Shown piece by piece: positions 1-9,889 of a stretch of DNA of 64,000 nt. The stretch lies in assembly GCA_964423885.1 (NCBI GenBank), contig CAYRGD010000002.1, positions 82,128 through 146,127 of the forward strand, read 5' to 3'. Origin of the DNA: an uncultured Candidatus Saccharibacteria bacterium (GTDB taxonomy: Bacteria > Patescibacteriota > UBA1384 > JACPKC01). The stretch's first letter is position 1. Every line of letters begins with the position of its first letter. A model generated the notes under the pieces. That model was not told where the DNA came from and searched no databases. It saw only the letters and a program-made list of their open reading frames with translations. The translations under genes and the position numbers were made by a program.

Positions 1-1749
1 GGTCGGTGCGCTCGTGCCGATCGCTTCGTAGTCGACGCTGAACCCTTCGAACGTCGGCGTGGCTGAACCGTTCGAGGTGAGCGTGCACAGGACGCGGACA
101 AAGCGTGTCCCGTCGGGCAGGATCTGGGTCAAGTCGATGGAATCCGGGGCGCTGGCGCTTGCGTTGTACGTGAACGGCTGGGACGGTGCGCCGAAGGCCA
201 CCCCGTCGACCGAACCCGCGAACCGGACGGTCACCGACGTGCCTGCAGGCAGGTCTTTCGTCTTGACCGACTGGAACCGGTACAGCTGTTGGACCTGCGG
301 GCTGCCGACGTCGAACTGGCAGGTGCCGGTGCTCGCGTAGCCGCCGGTGCTTGCCATCCAGGTATCCTGGAGCTTCTGCGTCGACGAGGTGGTGACCGTG
401 CCGCCAGCGTGGCCGGAGTACACGATCAGCTTGCGGTCGGGCGCATCATAGCCGATACCGTGGGCATACCGGGCGTCGGGCGCGTTGGCGAGCTGGACAA
501 GCTGCCAGGCATTAGTCGCCGGGTCGTACGACCACAGGTCGTTGCTCGCCGCGTAGGTCTGTGACGCCTGGGTCGTCACGCCGATCGTCGGGTCGCCCGG
601 GGTGACGTTACTCAAGAGATTGGTCAGGCCGCCGAACATGTAGAACTTCTTGTTGACCGGGTCGTAGGTTAGGTTCGAGAACGCCCGGCCCGGCGGCTGG
701 TTTGCGCCGATCCGTTGGGTCCAGCTACGCGTCTGCGTATTGAACGCCCAGAGCAGGCTGGCCGGCGTGTAGGTGTAGTGCGAAAAGACCTGGCCGTCGT
801 TCGTTAGGAACGACCCGTTGAGGATCGGGTTGACCCCGACCCGGCTTTTGGCCGAATCGTATACCGGCGATGCGGTGAAGCCGCCGAACACCAGGATCTC
901 GCTTTTGTCGGGATTGTAGGCGACCGATGCGCCCAAGCGGGCTTCCGGCCAGGCGCCGGTCGTCGCGTCGAACCGGTTATACTGGCCGTCGTACCATTCC
1001 ACCACCCGCGGGTACGTGGCGGAGCAGTTTCCTTGGCCGTACGAAGCCGAGCAGCCGTACACCGTGCTCGCGTAGGCGTCGATCTGCTGGAATCCGACCA
1101 GCGTGCCAGTGCCCGGATCGAGGTACGTCGCTTCGCCCGAGCCGACGCCGGTAAAACGGGTATTGCCGGCCAGTACCTGGGCGATGCTGCCGTTCTGGTT
1201 GAACACCGACACGTTCGTGGGCGCCTGGAGGTTCCCGGTGCCTTGCAAGCCTACCAGCTGCCGCGACTTGTTCGACCAGAAGATCGAGGTGCCGCTCGCG
1301 TCGGGGGCCAGCTGCGACCATTGCTTGCTGTTGGGATCGAACGAAAAGAGGCGCGTGAAGATCGAGGCGTACAGTTTTTTACCCTCGGTATCGAAACTGG
1401 TATTGAGGGGCCAGCTGCGCGAGTCGTTGGTGGTGTTGGTCGCGTACTGGGTGTTGCCGAGGCCGAGCATGCCGACGAAGTCGGGCGTGTTCGTGGACAC
1501 CCGCTCCCACGAGGAAAACTGGGTGCCCTGCTTGAGCTGCACCTTGCCGCCCACGAGCTCCACGTTGCCGTCGCCAGCCGATACGCCTTTTCGTAAGTCG
1601 GTGTCGTTGGTGACCTCGAGCTTCGACGGGGCGGTCGGCGTGGCGCCGAAGATCGTCAGTTTGCCGGTACGCTGGCCATACAAGAGGAGTGCTCCGCCCA
1701 ATAGGACGACGGTGGCGATCAGGAACAGGACGATACGGCGGCGGAGCAT
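1..1749 (-). CDS. Kelch-repeat (beta-propeller) protein with N-terminal signal-anchor. Partial; the C-terminus lies beyond the window start.
   Basis: Not in the ORF track because there is no stop inside the window; read by hand on the minus strand. ATG is the complement of 1747-1749, preceded by GGAGGA (complement of 1754-1759). The N-terminus reads MLRRRIVLFLIATVVLLGGALLLYGQRTGKLTIFGATPTAPSK. Downstream in frame: TGAWPEARLGASVAYNPDKSEILVFGGFTASPVYDSAKSR, a Kelch-type hydrophobic-x-VFGG motif. The frame stays open to position 1 (…TPTFEGFSVDYEAIGTSAPT). It sits 14 nt after the stop of the upstream adhesin gene. Confidence 0.6.
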   Translation of the reverse strand, partial: MLRRRIVLFLIATVVLLGGALLLYGQRTGKLTIFGATPTAPSKLEVTNDTDLRKGVSAGDGNVELVGGKVQLKQGTQFSSWERVSTNTPDFVGMLGLGNTQYATNTTNDSRSWPLNTSFDTEGKKLYASIFTRLFSFDPNSKQWSQLAPDASGTSIFWSNKSRQLVGLQGTGNLQAPTNVSVFNQNGSIAQVLAGNTRFTGVGSGEATYLDPGTGTLVGFQQIDAYASTVYGCSASYGQGNCSATYPRVVEWYDGQYNRFDATTGAWPEARLGASVAYNPDKSEILVFGGFTASPVYDSAKSRVGVNPILNGSFLTNDGQVFSHYTYTPASLLWAFNTQTRSWTQRIGANQPPGRAFSNLTYDPVNKKFYMFGGLTNLLSNVTPGDPTIGVTTQASQTYAASNDLWSYDPATNAWQLVQLANAPDARYAHGIGYDAPDRKLIVYSGHAGGTVTTSSTQKLQDTWMASTGGYASTGTCQFDVGSPQVQQLYRFQSVKTKDLPAGTSVTVRFAGSVDGVAFGAPSQPFTYNASASAPDSIDLTQILPDGTRFVRVLCTLTSNGSATPTFEGFSVDYEAIGTSAPT

Positions 1750-1762
1750 GGTCCTCCTACGG

Positions 1763-4700
1763 TCAGCGCAAGTGCAAGAACGTCAGTAACTTGTTCCACA
1801 GATCCACGAAGAACCCGATGATGGGGATACCGGTGGTGGCTAAGACGGCGGGCGGGGCTTCGCTCACGGCGATGCTGACCGTGGCCGTGTTGCTCACGGC
1901 GCCGTCGGTGTCGCAAACGGTGTACGTAAACGTGTCCGTGCCGGCGAAGTCGGCGGCCGGCGTGTACGTGGCCCGTCCGGTTTGCGCGTCGACGGATACC
2001 GTGCCGTGGCCGGGCTGGTTCACGATCTTGACGCAGGTCGGGTCGAGGTTGCCGTCAGGGTCGGCGTCGTTAAGGAGAATGTCCACTGTAACGCTGGTGT
2101 CGTGGGGCGTAACTGCCGCGTCGTCGTTCGCCTGGGGCGGCTGGTTGTCCGGGCCCGGCGTCGGTGCCGGCGGCCGGACGGTAACCGTGACCGTCGCGGT
2201 GTCGGTCGCGCCCTTGTCGTCGCAGATCTCGTAGACGAAGGTGTCCGTGCCGTTGAAGCCGGTAGCGGGGGTGTAGGCGATGTTGCCGCTTGCGGTGTCG
2301 ACTACGGCCGTACCGTGGGCCGGTGCTGTCACGACCTTGGTGCAGGCGACGACGACCGTACCGTCAGGGTCGGTGTCGTTGGCAAGGACCGGTATGACCA
2401 CGAAGCTGTCCTGGTCGGTCGCGGCAGTATCGTCGTTCGCTTGGGGCGGCTGGTTCGGGGTGGCGGCCGGGGCGCAGTCGCTTGCGGTCAGGTTGGTAAC
2501 GTTGCTGGCGGTGGTGCCGCCGTCGTTGATAGCAACCACCGTATACGCGTAGCTGGTACCGGCCACGACGGTCGTGTCCGTGAAGGTGGTGGCGGTCTGG
2601 CTGGCCACCAAGGTTTGGGTGCCGCGGCGGACGCTGTAGCTTGTCGCGCCTCCGGAAGCGCCCCAGGTGAGCACGTTCCGGCTGCTGGTACCAGCGCAGA
2701 GCGCGGTCGCCTGCAGGGTGAACTGGCCGGGAGCAGCCGGCTTCGGCGTGACGGTAATCGTCACCGTCGCGTCGTCGCAGAGGCCTAAGGTGTCGCAGAC
2801 CTTGTACTTGAAGGTATCGGTACCGCTGAACCCTGCCGCCGGGGTGTAGACGGCCTTATGGTCGGGCAGGAACGTGACCGTACCGTGGCCGGGGTTCTGG
2901 GTGACTTCGACGGTCGCCGGATCCAAGTTGTTGTCCGGGTCAGAGTCGTTGGCTAGCACGTCGATGGTGACGCCTGCACCTTCTTGGGTCGTAGCCGCAT
3001 CGTCGACGGCCACCGGAGGCTGGTTCGTTTCGTTAATGGTCACCGTTACCGTGGCATCGTCGCACAGACCGGCCGTGTCGCAGACCTTGTACTTGAACGT
3101 GTCCGTACCCACATACCCGGCAGCCGGCGTGTACACCGCCCGGTGGGCGCTATTAAACGTGACCGTACCGTGGCCGGGGTTCTGCGTGACTTCGACGGTG
3201 GCCGGGTCAAGGTTCCCGTCCGGATCCGAGTCGTTGGCCAATACGTCGATGGTGACCGCGGTTTCTTTCTTGGTCGCCGAGGTGTCGTCGACCGCCACCG
3301 GGGGCTGGTTGGCCGGGGCGCAGTCCTTGGCGACGACCGTGACCTGGTTACTTGCCGTGGCACCTACCTCGTTCGTGGCAGTGACGCGGTAGACGTAGCT
3401 GGTGCCGGTTGTGATTTGGGTGTCAGTATATGTAAGGGTTGTCCCAAGAAGCGTCATGGCGCCGCCGTTGGGAGTTCTTGCCAGCTGGTAGTTGCTGACG
3501 GTCCTGTTGGTGCCAGCACCCGATGTCCAGGTGGCGCGGTTGACCGGAGCGTTCCCGATGCACTCGGCGACAACGGTGAGTGTCGGGGCGTTAGGAGCGG
3601 ACGGACAGGCTGCGACGGTTATGGTCTGAACAGCGCTTTCCGTGGTGCCCGAGGTGATCTTGTACGTGTGGGATCCTGGGGAGGCGGTTAGATCCGTAAA
3701 GAAGTACTCTGGGCCCGCTGCCGTCAAGGCGCTGTTCGTCACGTTGGTGCCAGCTTCCAGGCGTGTACCGTCGCGGAAGACCGTGAAGGACGTCAAACCC
3801 GAGCTGGAAGTCCACTTGAGCGCGACGTAGGGCGCCCCGTTGGTGCAGCCTTGGGTGGGTGTTTGCTGGGTGATGGTCGGCGTAGGGCTGCAATCCGGCA
3901 TTGTCCCATTGACGGTTAGGGTACCATTGGCAACGCCCGTACTATTCGAGGCTCGTATGGCAAATTGCAACCCATGTTGGTCAAGCTGGTGCAATACATA
4001 CGAATTTCCCGCGCTACTACCGATTGTCGCCAGCAGCGACAATCCACCAGCGGAGTTGTTGGCGTCATAGATCCGGTATGTGTCGGCATTGCTCGAGTTC
4101 GACCAGGTAAATGTACCGATCGGATCGGTGCCTTGGCAGCTTGGTACCAGTGTTGCAGTAAATGCACCAGGAACCGGTGCGCAGTCGGGCATCGACAGCG
4201 CCAAACGTACTCCGGCAGCACCAGATCCGGGGATAGAGGCGTCGGTAGTTCCGCTGCCAAGCGTCGCTTGCGTTGAACCACCGGGGCCGGTTGCGCGCAC
4301 GGCGAAGTATTTCGTCGTCCAGGCGCCGACAGGCTCGTTGTTACTGAACGTGAGTTGGTCGGTGTTGCCGTACCATTCGGGGCCGACGTTGGTACCTTGC
4401 CAGGAAATTACAGTGTATGCCGCTGTAGCGCCTGGGTGATTGGCATTGCTCGTATATCCATTGGCAGCATTGGCCGATGCGGTCCAGTTCAGTGTGACGC
4501 GGACCGTTGTACTTGAAATGCAGGCAACGCTGGCCGTGAGGGTGAACGGCCCTGGTGCCGCCGGTGCCGGCGTGGACGGGCAATTGATCGAGAAAGTTTG
4601 CGTATTGCTACTACCTCCCTGAAAGATAAAGCGGACAGAGTACACATAGCCATTGTTCAGGCCGGGAATGTTGTAATTGAACAGATCCATCACCGCTGCG

Positions 4701-5698
4701 CCGGGATTTACAGGTATCGTAGTGCCGTTGCCGAAATCCAAATGCATCGTGTTCGGCGTACCGGTATTGCTCGTAATGGTGCCGCTCGCCGTCCAGGTGA
4801 TCGTGACATGCGGGTGTGTTGGGTTGCCGCTGACACAAGTAATGTTCGTGATCGGATTGATGACGACGCTGCCCGCCTGCTGCACCGGAGCGCAGTTCCG
4901 GGCCGTGACCGTGACGCTGTTGCTGGCGGCGCGGCCCGTAGGGTAGATCGCTTCCACGCGGTAGGTGAAGCTGGCGCCTGCGGCAGCAGTGCCTGTAGTG
5001 CTCGACGTGACATTCGCGCCCACGGTGGCGTACTGGGTGCCATTCTGGAACAGGGCATACCCGGTGACCCCTGACGACGCACCGCTCCAGCTCAAGTTGA
5101 AGACGGAATTGGTACCGCTGCAGGTGTTGGTGACGTTAAGGTTAGGCGCACTTAGCACTGGCGCACTCGTGGGCGTAACGCTGGTAGCAACCTGCAGGTA
5201 GTACGTCTGCCCTGACCCCGTACCATTCGTGTTGTTGATCTCGTACCCCATCGTGTATTTGACGGTCGTCGTGGAGCTCGTGATCGTCGTGGGGTCGGCC
5301 TCCGCTACGTCGTGCCGGGACGATTGCTGCAAGAAGGCCGACTGGCATTCGCCGCCCAAGGAGCCGCTGGTTTGTGGATTACGGGTTGCAGAGATAGATA
5401 GCTGTAAGCGGTTACCGCTGTTGTCTTGCCAAAGGCCTCCGCCCCGGTAGGTCATACCGTTCGTGACGTCGAGTGGCCCGATGTCCCTGCGCTCGATGGG
5501 CGGGAAGCTTGACACATCGTTCCCGGGTCCTCCGGACGCAGTTTTGGTCGTCCCGAAGACGTTCGAGCTGCCTGACACTGTAGCAATGGCCGGATTACAG
5601 GCTTGCCTGGACGCGAGAGCTGTTTGAGGATTCTCTCCGACGATCCAGCCAAGGCCGACGAGTACCGCGAGCGATAAAAGAAAGGCGCGGAACCGCAT
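1763..5698 (-). CDS. Large secreted surface protein (1311 aa): signal peptide, FN3-like domains, four tandem cadherin-like ~95-aa repeats, and a C-terminal LATTG sortase-type anchor
   Basis: ORF 1763..5698. The N-terminus MRFRAFLLSLAVLVGLGWIVGENPQTALA is signal-peptide-like. Repeats of the type QPPVAVDD..TIDVLANDSDPDGNLDPATVEV..GTDTFKYKVCD occur twice, and QPPQANDD..LANDTDPDG..GTDTFVYEICDD occurs twice. Several W..S/T-rich FN3-like segments are present. The C-terminus ...VLATTGIPIIGFFVDLWNKLLTFLHLR was verified by hand. Confidence 0.75.
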   Translation of the reverse strand: MRFRAFLLSLAVLVGLGWIVGENPQTALASRQACNPAIATVSGSSNVFGTTKTASGGPGNDVSSFPPIERRDIGPLDVTNGMTYRGGGLWQDNSGNRLQLSISATRNPQTSGSLGGECQSAFLQQSSRHDVAEADPTTITSSTTTVKYTMGYEINNTNGTGSGQTYYLQVATSVTPTSAPVLSAPNLNVTNTCSGTNSVFNLSWSGASSGVTGYALFQNGTQYATVGANVTSSTTGTAAAGASFTYRVEAIYPTGRAASNSVTVTARNCAPVQQAGSVVINPITNITCVSGNPTHPHVTITWTASGTITSNTGTPNTMHLDFGNGTTIPVNPGAAVMDLFNYNIPGLNNGYVYSVRFIFQGGSSNTQTFSINCPSTPAPAAPGPFTLTASVACISSTTVRVTLNWTASANAANGYTSNANHPGATAAYTVISWQGTNVGPEWYGNTDQLTFSNNEPVGAWTTKYFAVRATGPGGSTQATLGSGTTDASIPGSGAAGVRLALSMPDCAPVPGAFTATLVPSCQGTDPIGTFTWSNSSNADTYRIYDANNSAGGLSLLATIGSSAGNSYVLHQLDQHGLQFAIRASNSTGVANGTLTVNGTMPDCSPTPTITQQTPTQGCTNGAPYVALKWTSSSGLTSFTVFRDGTRLEAGTNVTNSALTAAGPEYFFTDLTASPGSHTYKITSGTTESAVQTITVAACPSAPNAPTLTVVAECIGNAPVNRATWTSGAGTNRTVSNYQLARTPNGGAMTLLGTTLTYTDTQITTGTSYVYRVTATNEVGATASNQVTVVAKDCAPANQPPVAVDDTSATKKETAVTIDVLANDSDPDGNLDPATVEVTQNPGHGTVTFNSAHRAVYTPAAGYVGTDTFKYKVCDTAGLCDDATVTVTINETNQPPVAVDDAATTQEGAGVTIDVLANDSDPDNNLDPATVEVTQNPGHGTVTFLPDHKAVYTPAAGFSGTDTFKYKVCDTLGLCDDATVTITVTPKPAAPGQFTLQATALCAGTSSRNVLTWGASGGATSYSVRRGTQTLVASQTATTFTDTTVVAGTSYAYTVVAINDGGTTASNVTNLTASDCAPAATPNQPPQANDDTAATDQDSFVVIPVLANDTDPDGTVVVACTKVVTAPAHGTAVVDTASGNIAYTPATGFNGTDTFVYEICDDKGATDTATVTVTVRPPAPTPGPDNQPPQANDDAAVTPHDTSVTVDILLNDADPDGNLDPTCVKIVNQPGHGTVSVDAQTGRATYTPAADFAGTDTFTYTVCDTDGAVSNTATVSIAVSEAPPAVLATTGIPIIGFFVDLWNKLLTFLHLR

Positions 5699-5700
5699 GG

Positions 5701-6123
5701 CTAGTTCTCGTCCAGTATGTCGACGCGATCAATGAGCAGGCCGCTATTGGTTTCCTGGTAGAACACAGAAACGATCGCACCTACCTTGAGAAGATTTTTG
5801 TCAACTAGTTCAAACTTGCTGTCGGCATTGAGCGAACGGACTGCCACGGTGTCGCTTAGGGTGAAGGTGAACGAGTTGTCGTTGCTTTCGTCGACCGTGA
5901 TTTTATCGCCGCTCACCTTGCTTACCGTGCCGTCACGGAAGGTCGCTTGTTGCGGCGCAGAGAAGGTAGCGCTGTCGTTACCGATCTCGGACGCTTGTGG
6001 GCGGAGCGGGCTCGACGGGCTGAAGAACAGGTAGCCCAGACCCACGGCCAACGCCACCAACGCCCCGAACACGATCCAGATTGTAGCCGTCCTGCGTGCC
6101 GGCTGCGGTTGCGACGATGCCAT
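5701..6123 (-). CDS. Small bitopic membrane protein (141 aa), first gene of the adhesin operon
   Basis: Internal ATG of ORF 5701..6303 at the complement of 6121-6123, preceded by AGGAGG (complement of 6126-6131). The N-terminus reads MASSQPQPARRTATIWIVFGALVALAVGLGYLFF, a single TM helix. Its stop (5701-5703) lies 2 nt from the adhesin ATG (5696-5698). Starting at 6303 would overlap lepA. Confidence 0.5.
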   Translation of the reverse strand: MASSQPQPARRTATIWIVFGALVALAVGLGYLFFSPSSPLRPQASEIGNDSATFSAPQQATFRDGTVSKVSGDKITVDESNDNSFTFTLSDTVAVRSLNADSKFELVDKNLLKVGAIVSVFYQETNSGLLIDRVDILDEN

Positions 6124-6181
6124 GGGAACCCTCCTACGATCCTTGTTGCGTAGCGCCAGTATACCGCAGGTTCGCTCCCCT

Positions 6182-6198
6182 GTTTTCCTGTGGAAAAC
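6182..6198. promoter_or_regulatory. Inverted repeat GTTTTCC-TGT-GGAAAAC in the lepA / adhesin-operon divergent intergenic region; TAGAAT -10-like hexamer at 6223-6228
   Basis: Read directly: tGTTTTCCtgtGGAAAACc. TAGAAT sits 25 nt upstream of the lepA ATG, and AGGAAGGA is the RBS at 6241-6248. Confidence 0.3.
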
Positions 6199-6252
6199 CT
6201 GGAAGGAACGGGCGCTACAGGGTAGAATAGCCTCCTCACCAGGAAGGAACGC

Positions 6253-8007
6253 ATGGACCAACGCCGCATCCGCAATTTTTGCATCATCGCCCATATCGAC
6301 CACGGCAAATCGACGCTAGCCGACCGCTTGATCGAGCGCACCGGCACGCTCGAACAGCGGCAGATGAAAGACCAGCTGCTCGATTCCATGGACCTGGAAC
6401 GTGAGCGTGGGATCACGATCAAGCTCCAGCCGGTGACGATGCACTGGGCCGCTGCCGGGCAGGACTACCAGCTCAACCTGATCGACACGCCCGGGCACGT
6501 GGATTTCGGCTACGAGGTATCGCGGTCGTTGGCAGCGGTCGAGGGCGCGCTGTTGCTCGTGGACGCGGCGCAGGGGATCCAGGCGCAGACGTTGACCACC
6601 CTTCACCAAGCCAGGCAGCAGGGGCTCGCGATCATTCCGGTCGTCAACAAGATCGACCTGCCCAACGCCGAGCCGGAACGGGTGGCGCAGGAGCTGACGA
6701 CGCTCTTAGGCGTCGCCGACGACGCGGTACTGTTCGCGTCGGGCAAGACCGGCGACGGGGTGGAGGATATTCTCAACGCGGTCGTGGAACGCGTACCGGC
6801 TCCGGCCGGTGATCTTGATGCGCCGCTGCGGGCCCTTATTTTCGATTCGGTCTACGACAGCTACCGCGGGGTGGTCAGTTACGTGCGGATCGTGGACGGG
6901 TCGCTCGCTGCCCGCTCGCCGGTGCGGTTCATGGCGTCGGGCGTCGACGACCAAGCGCTTGAGATCGGCCGGTTCCGGCCGGCCATGGCGAAGGAATTGA
7001 CGCTGGCAACCGGATCGATCGGCTACATCGTGTCGGGCGTGAAAGACGTATCGCAGGCCCGTGTCGGCGATACGGTCACGTCCGCTCAACGAATAGCTGC
7101 CGCGGTGCTGCCCGGATACCGCGAGGCGGTGCCGATGGTCTACGCCGGACTCTACGCCGCCGACGGCGAGGTGGCGGCGCTGCGCGACGGGCTCGAGAAG
7201 CTGCAACTCAATGACGCATCGCTCCGCTTCGAGCCGGATTCGTCGAAGGCGTTCGGTCTTGGGTTCCGCTGCGGGTTCCTTGGGTTGCTGCACATGGAAA
7301 TCGTGACCGAGCGGCTCGAACGCGAGTACGGGCTCGAGCTTATCGTGACCACGCCGTCGGTCGCGTTCACCGAACGGTCCGACCACGGCACGGCGGTGTA
7401 CAGCGAACCGTGGGTGCAGGTCGAGATCGTGGCGCCGCAGCGCTACATCGGCCCGATTATGGAGCTGGCACAGTCCCGGCGTGGCATCTACCGTGCGACC
7501 GACTACATCGACAACGGCGCCGAGGGCCAGCGGGTGATCGTCCGCTACGAACTGCCGCTCGCCCAAGTGATCGTCAATTTCTACGACGGCTTGAAAAGCG
7601 TGTCGTCGGGCTACGCCAGTATGAACTACGAACTCTTGGGCTACCGGGAGGATCCGGCACTCGTGAAGCTCGATATCCTGGTGGCCGGCGAACGGGTCGA
7701 CGAACTGGCGCAGATCGTCCATCGCGACGAGGCGACGCGTCGCGGCCGTGAGCTGGTCGACAAACTGAAAGAACTTATCCCGCAGCAGAACTTCGAGGTG
7801 CGGCTGCAGGCGGCTATCGGGGGCAAGATCATCGCCAGCGAAAGCATCTCGGCGCTGCGCAAAGACGTGACCGCTAAGCTCTATGGCGGCGACAGGACCC
7901 GTAAGGACAAGCTGCTGCGCAAGCAGGCCGAGGGTAAGAAGCGTTTGAAGAAGCTCGGCAAAGTCGACATCCCGTCCGACGTCTTCATCAAGCTCTTACG
8001 GTCGTAA
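6253..8007 (+). CDS. lepA: Elongation factor 4 (LepA)
   Basis: MDQRRIRNFCIIAHIDHGKSTLADRLIERTGTL... GTP-binding G1 motif, DTPGHVDF, NKIDL; 584 aa, typical LepA architecture. Confidence 0.95.
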   Translation: MDQRRIRNFCIIAHIDHGKSTLADRLIERTGTLEQRQMKDQLLDSMDLERERGITIKLQPVTMHWAAAGQDYQLNLIDTPGHVDFGYEVSRSLAAVEGALLLVDAAQGIQAQTLTTLHQARQQGLAIIPVVNKIDLPNAEPERVAQELTTLLGVADDAVLFASGKTGDGVEDILNAVVERVPAPAGDLDAPLRALIFDSVYDSYRGVVSYVRIVDGSLAARSPVRFMASGVDDQALEIGRFRPAMAKELTLATGSIGYIVSGVKDVSQARVGDTVTSAQRIAAAVLPGYREAVPMVYAGLYAADGEVAALRDGLEKLQLNDASLRFEPDSSKAFGLGFRCGFLGLLHMEIVTERLEREYGLELIVTTPSVAFTERSDHGTAVYSEPWVQVEIVAPQRYIGPIMELAQSRRGIYRATDYIDNGAEGQRVIVRYELPLAQVIVNFYDGLKSVSSGYASMNYELLGYREDPALVKLDILVAGERVDELAQIVHRDEATRRGRELVDKLKELIPQQNFEVRLQAAIGGKIIASESISALRKDVTAKLYGGDRTRKDKLLRKQAEGKKRLKKLGKVDIPSDVFIKLLRS

Positions 8008-8034
8008 CGTCAGTCCGGACTGGGGGCCGGAATA

Positions 8035-9885
8035 CTACGACGACCGGTACCCGATTTCGTGGGGATTCTTCTTGTGCGGCCCGAAGAACACCTTCGTGTA
8101 GAGGCGCATGATGCCGGCACCTGCCAGGACGTACGAGCAGCAAAAGAGCAGGAGCTGGGCGCCACGGGCTTCAGGAATGAGGCGTACGAGCGCGTCTTGC
8201 GCCAAGAACGAAGGGCTTACCGGGAATGCCATAAAGACGAGCGCAACGACGAAGAACAGGTGGCCGGGCGTTTCGGAACCAGAGATCAAGCCGTGGTACT
8301 CGCGAAGCGCGAGCGATCCGTTCCGTGCTTCCAGATACCGGAGGTACGCATGGCCCGCAAGGAAGGCGAGCACGACGCCGAGGGCGTAGATGCCCACATA
8401 CTGCCAATCTCCGGCGGATGCCGTGACCAGGAAGAGCACCCCGAACAGGTTGCCCAGCATGAGCAGGTTCCAGCAGGTCCTGGCGGCATGTTTCGTCGCA
8501 TGCGCCCGGATGTAGAAGATCAGGCTCACGACGGCGAGCGCGGTTGAAAGCGCCAGGGTGCCGCGGGCTGACAACGGCACGGTCGCGGCGACGCCTGCAG
8601 CCAGGACGAAGAGTGCGAGGGAAGCGGCTTGTGCCGGGAGCCTGTCAAGGAATGCGACTGCCCGGCCGGCGGACTTGAGCGGCAGCCAGACGAAACGCGT
8701 CACCGCCGAGTTCATGCCCCATTCCTTGATACCGAGCACGTATGCGGTGGCCTGCAGTCTTCCCATGAGCGTTTGCTTGATATGCCGGGCAGGCGGGGCT
8801 GCGTGAAAGAACTGGTCGTGGACAAGGTAGCCTGCGATCGAGGGTGAGATGAGTAGCTGGTACGTCCGCAGCGAGGCGTTGCTGATAAAGTGCAGCAGCG
8901 CCAGCCAGGGCAGTCCGGCCGCGATTTCGACGAACATGATGCCGATCTGGGTGACGGACGCGTACGCGATCTGCGTCTTGCTCGACGATTGGACGCGTGC
9001 GATCGAGGTCGCGACAATGGCTGTCAAACACCCTGACGCGGCGATCACGATCCGGAGCCACCAGCTGCCTTCCCAGAGCGGGTAGGTCCGTATAAGAAGA
9101 AACAATCCTATGTGGACCGACAGTGCGCCGTAGAAAATCGCGCTCGAGGTCGTGGGGCCTTCCATGGCGCGCGGCAGCCAGTACGAGAACGGGAATTGCG
9201 CGGATTTCACGAGGGCGACGATACACAGCAGGAACCCCAGGACGCCGAACTGGTTCCCGTGGGCCGCGACCAGCGCCGGGAGTTCGGAAAAGTGCACGCC
9301 GCCTTCGAAGGTGTGGTGCGCATACCAGGCGGCAACCAACAAAAACGCGTCGGCGATGCGGTACATGGAAAATACCTTGAGCGCGTTCCGTACCGGCAGA
9401 TACCGGTCGCGGTAAAACGCGATGAGCAGGACGGAACTGATCCCGATGAATTCCCAACCCGGAAGCAGTACATCGAAATTGCCGGCAAGCGTGACGAGCG
9501 ACAACCCGAGAAAGAACAGTAGGACCGTCGCGTAAAACCGTTTGAAGCCCTGTTCGCGGTGCATGTAGTACCGGCTGAAGCTGGCAATGAGGCTGGTTGT
9601 CACGACAGCCATACCGACGAATACGGCCGACAGCGTGTCGACGAAGAAGTCGAGGGAGAACGAATAGCCCTGCGTCACATGCAACGTCCCGGCGTGGAGT
9701 GATGCTGCAGCCATGTCGGCACCCAGCCACTGGGCGCCGAGCGCGAGCAGCGCCACGAATTCCGACGCCATGGTCGCCATGACGAGCCGGTAGACGGCAC
9801 GTTCCCAGCGCTTCGGCAGCACGAGGACGCCGAGCAGTCCGAGAACGGGAATGAGTACCAAAGAGGCAAGCAACTGCGTGGCCAT
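8035..9885 (-). CDS. dabB: Proton-conducting membrane transporter (NuoL/MnhA-like, PF00361 family): DabB-type subunit of a putative DAB inorganic-carbon pump
   Basis: 616 aa polytopic protein containing ...FPFSYWLPRAMEGPTTSSAIFYGALSVH..., the WLPxAM..PTPVSALIH-type motif of NuoL/MnhA/NdhF antiporter subunits. It sits 4 nt downstream of a DUF2309 gene. Confidence 0.75.
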   Translation of the reverse strand: MATQLLASLVLIPVLGLLGVLVLPKRWERAVYRLVMATMASEFVALLALGAQWLGADMAAASLHAGTLHVTQGYSFSLDFFVDTLSAVFVGMAVVTTSLIASFSRYYMHREQGFKRFYATVLLFFLGLSLVTLAGNFDVLLPGWEFIGISSVLLIAFYRDRYLPVRNALKVFSMYRIADAFLLVAAWYAHHTFEGGVHFSELPALVAAHGNQFGVLGFLLCIVALVKSAQFPFSYWLPRAMEGPTTSSAIFYGALSVHIGLFLLIRTYPLWEGSWWLRIVIAASGCLTAIVATSIARVQSSSKTQIAYASVTQIGIMFVEIAAGLPWLALLHFISNASLRTYQLLISPSIAGYLVHDQFFHAAPPARHIKQTLMGRLQATAYVLGIKEWGMNSAVTRFVWLPLKSAGRAVAFLDRLPAQAASLALFVLAAGVAATVPLSARGTLALSTALAVVSLIFYIRAHATKHAARTCWNLLMLGNLFGVLFLVTASAGDWQYVGIYALGVVLAFLAGHAYLRYLEARNGSLALREYHGLISGSETPGHLFFVVALVFMAFPVSPSFLAQDALVRLIPEARGAQLLLFCCSYVLAGAGIMRLYTKVFFGPHKKNPHEIGYRSS

Positions 9886-9889
9886 GGCG

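Noticed and set aside
1033-1789. Plus-strand ORFs (1033..1596, 1103..1789) in the first 1.8 kb
   Set aside because: The minus-strand frame is open across the whole region, starts with RBS+ATG 14 nt after the adhesin stop and contains Kelch VFGG motifs. The plus ORFs are low-complexity.
1982-3691. Plus-strand ORFs inside the adhesin gene (1982..2788, 2874..3392, 2984..3691)
   Set aside because: Gly/Arg/Val-rich artefacts antisense to the repeat-rich adhesin ORF.
6706-7722. 338-aa ORF antisense to lepA
   Set aside because: Arg/His/Asp-rich low-complexity translation on the opposite strand of a confidently identified gene. Typical GC3-driven open frame in a high-GC genome.
8012-8021. 10-bp palindrome AGTCCGGACT between the convergent lepA and dabB
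   Set aside because: Too short with no loop or U-tract to call a terminator. Possibly coincidental.
8645-9730. 361-aa ORF overlapping dabB in another frame
   Set aside because: Arg/Cys-rich junk. The membrane-protein frame carries the NuoL-type motif.
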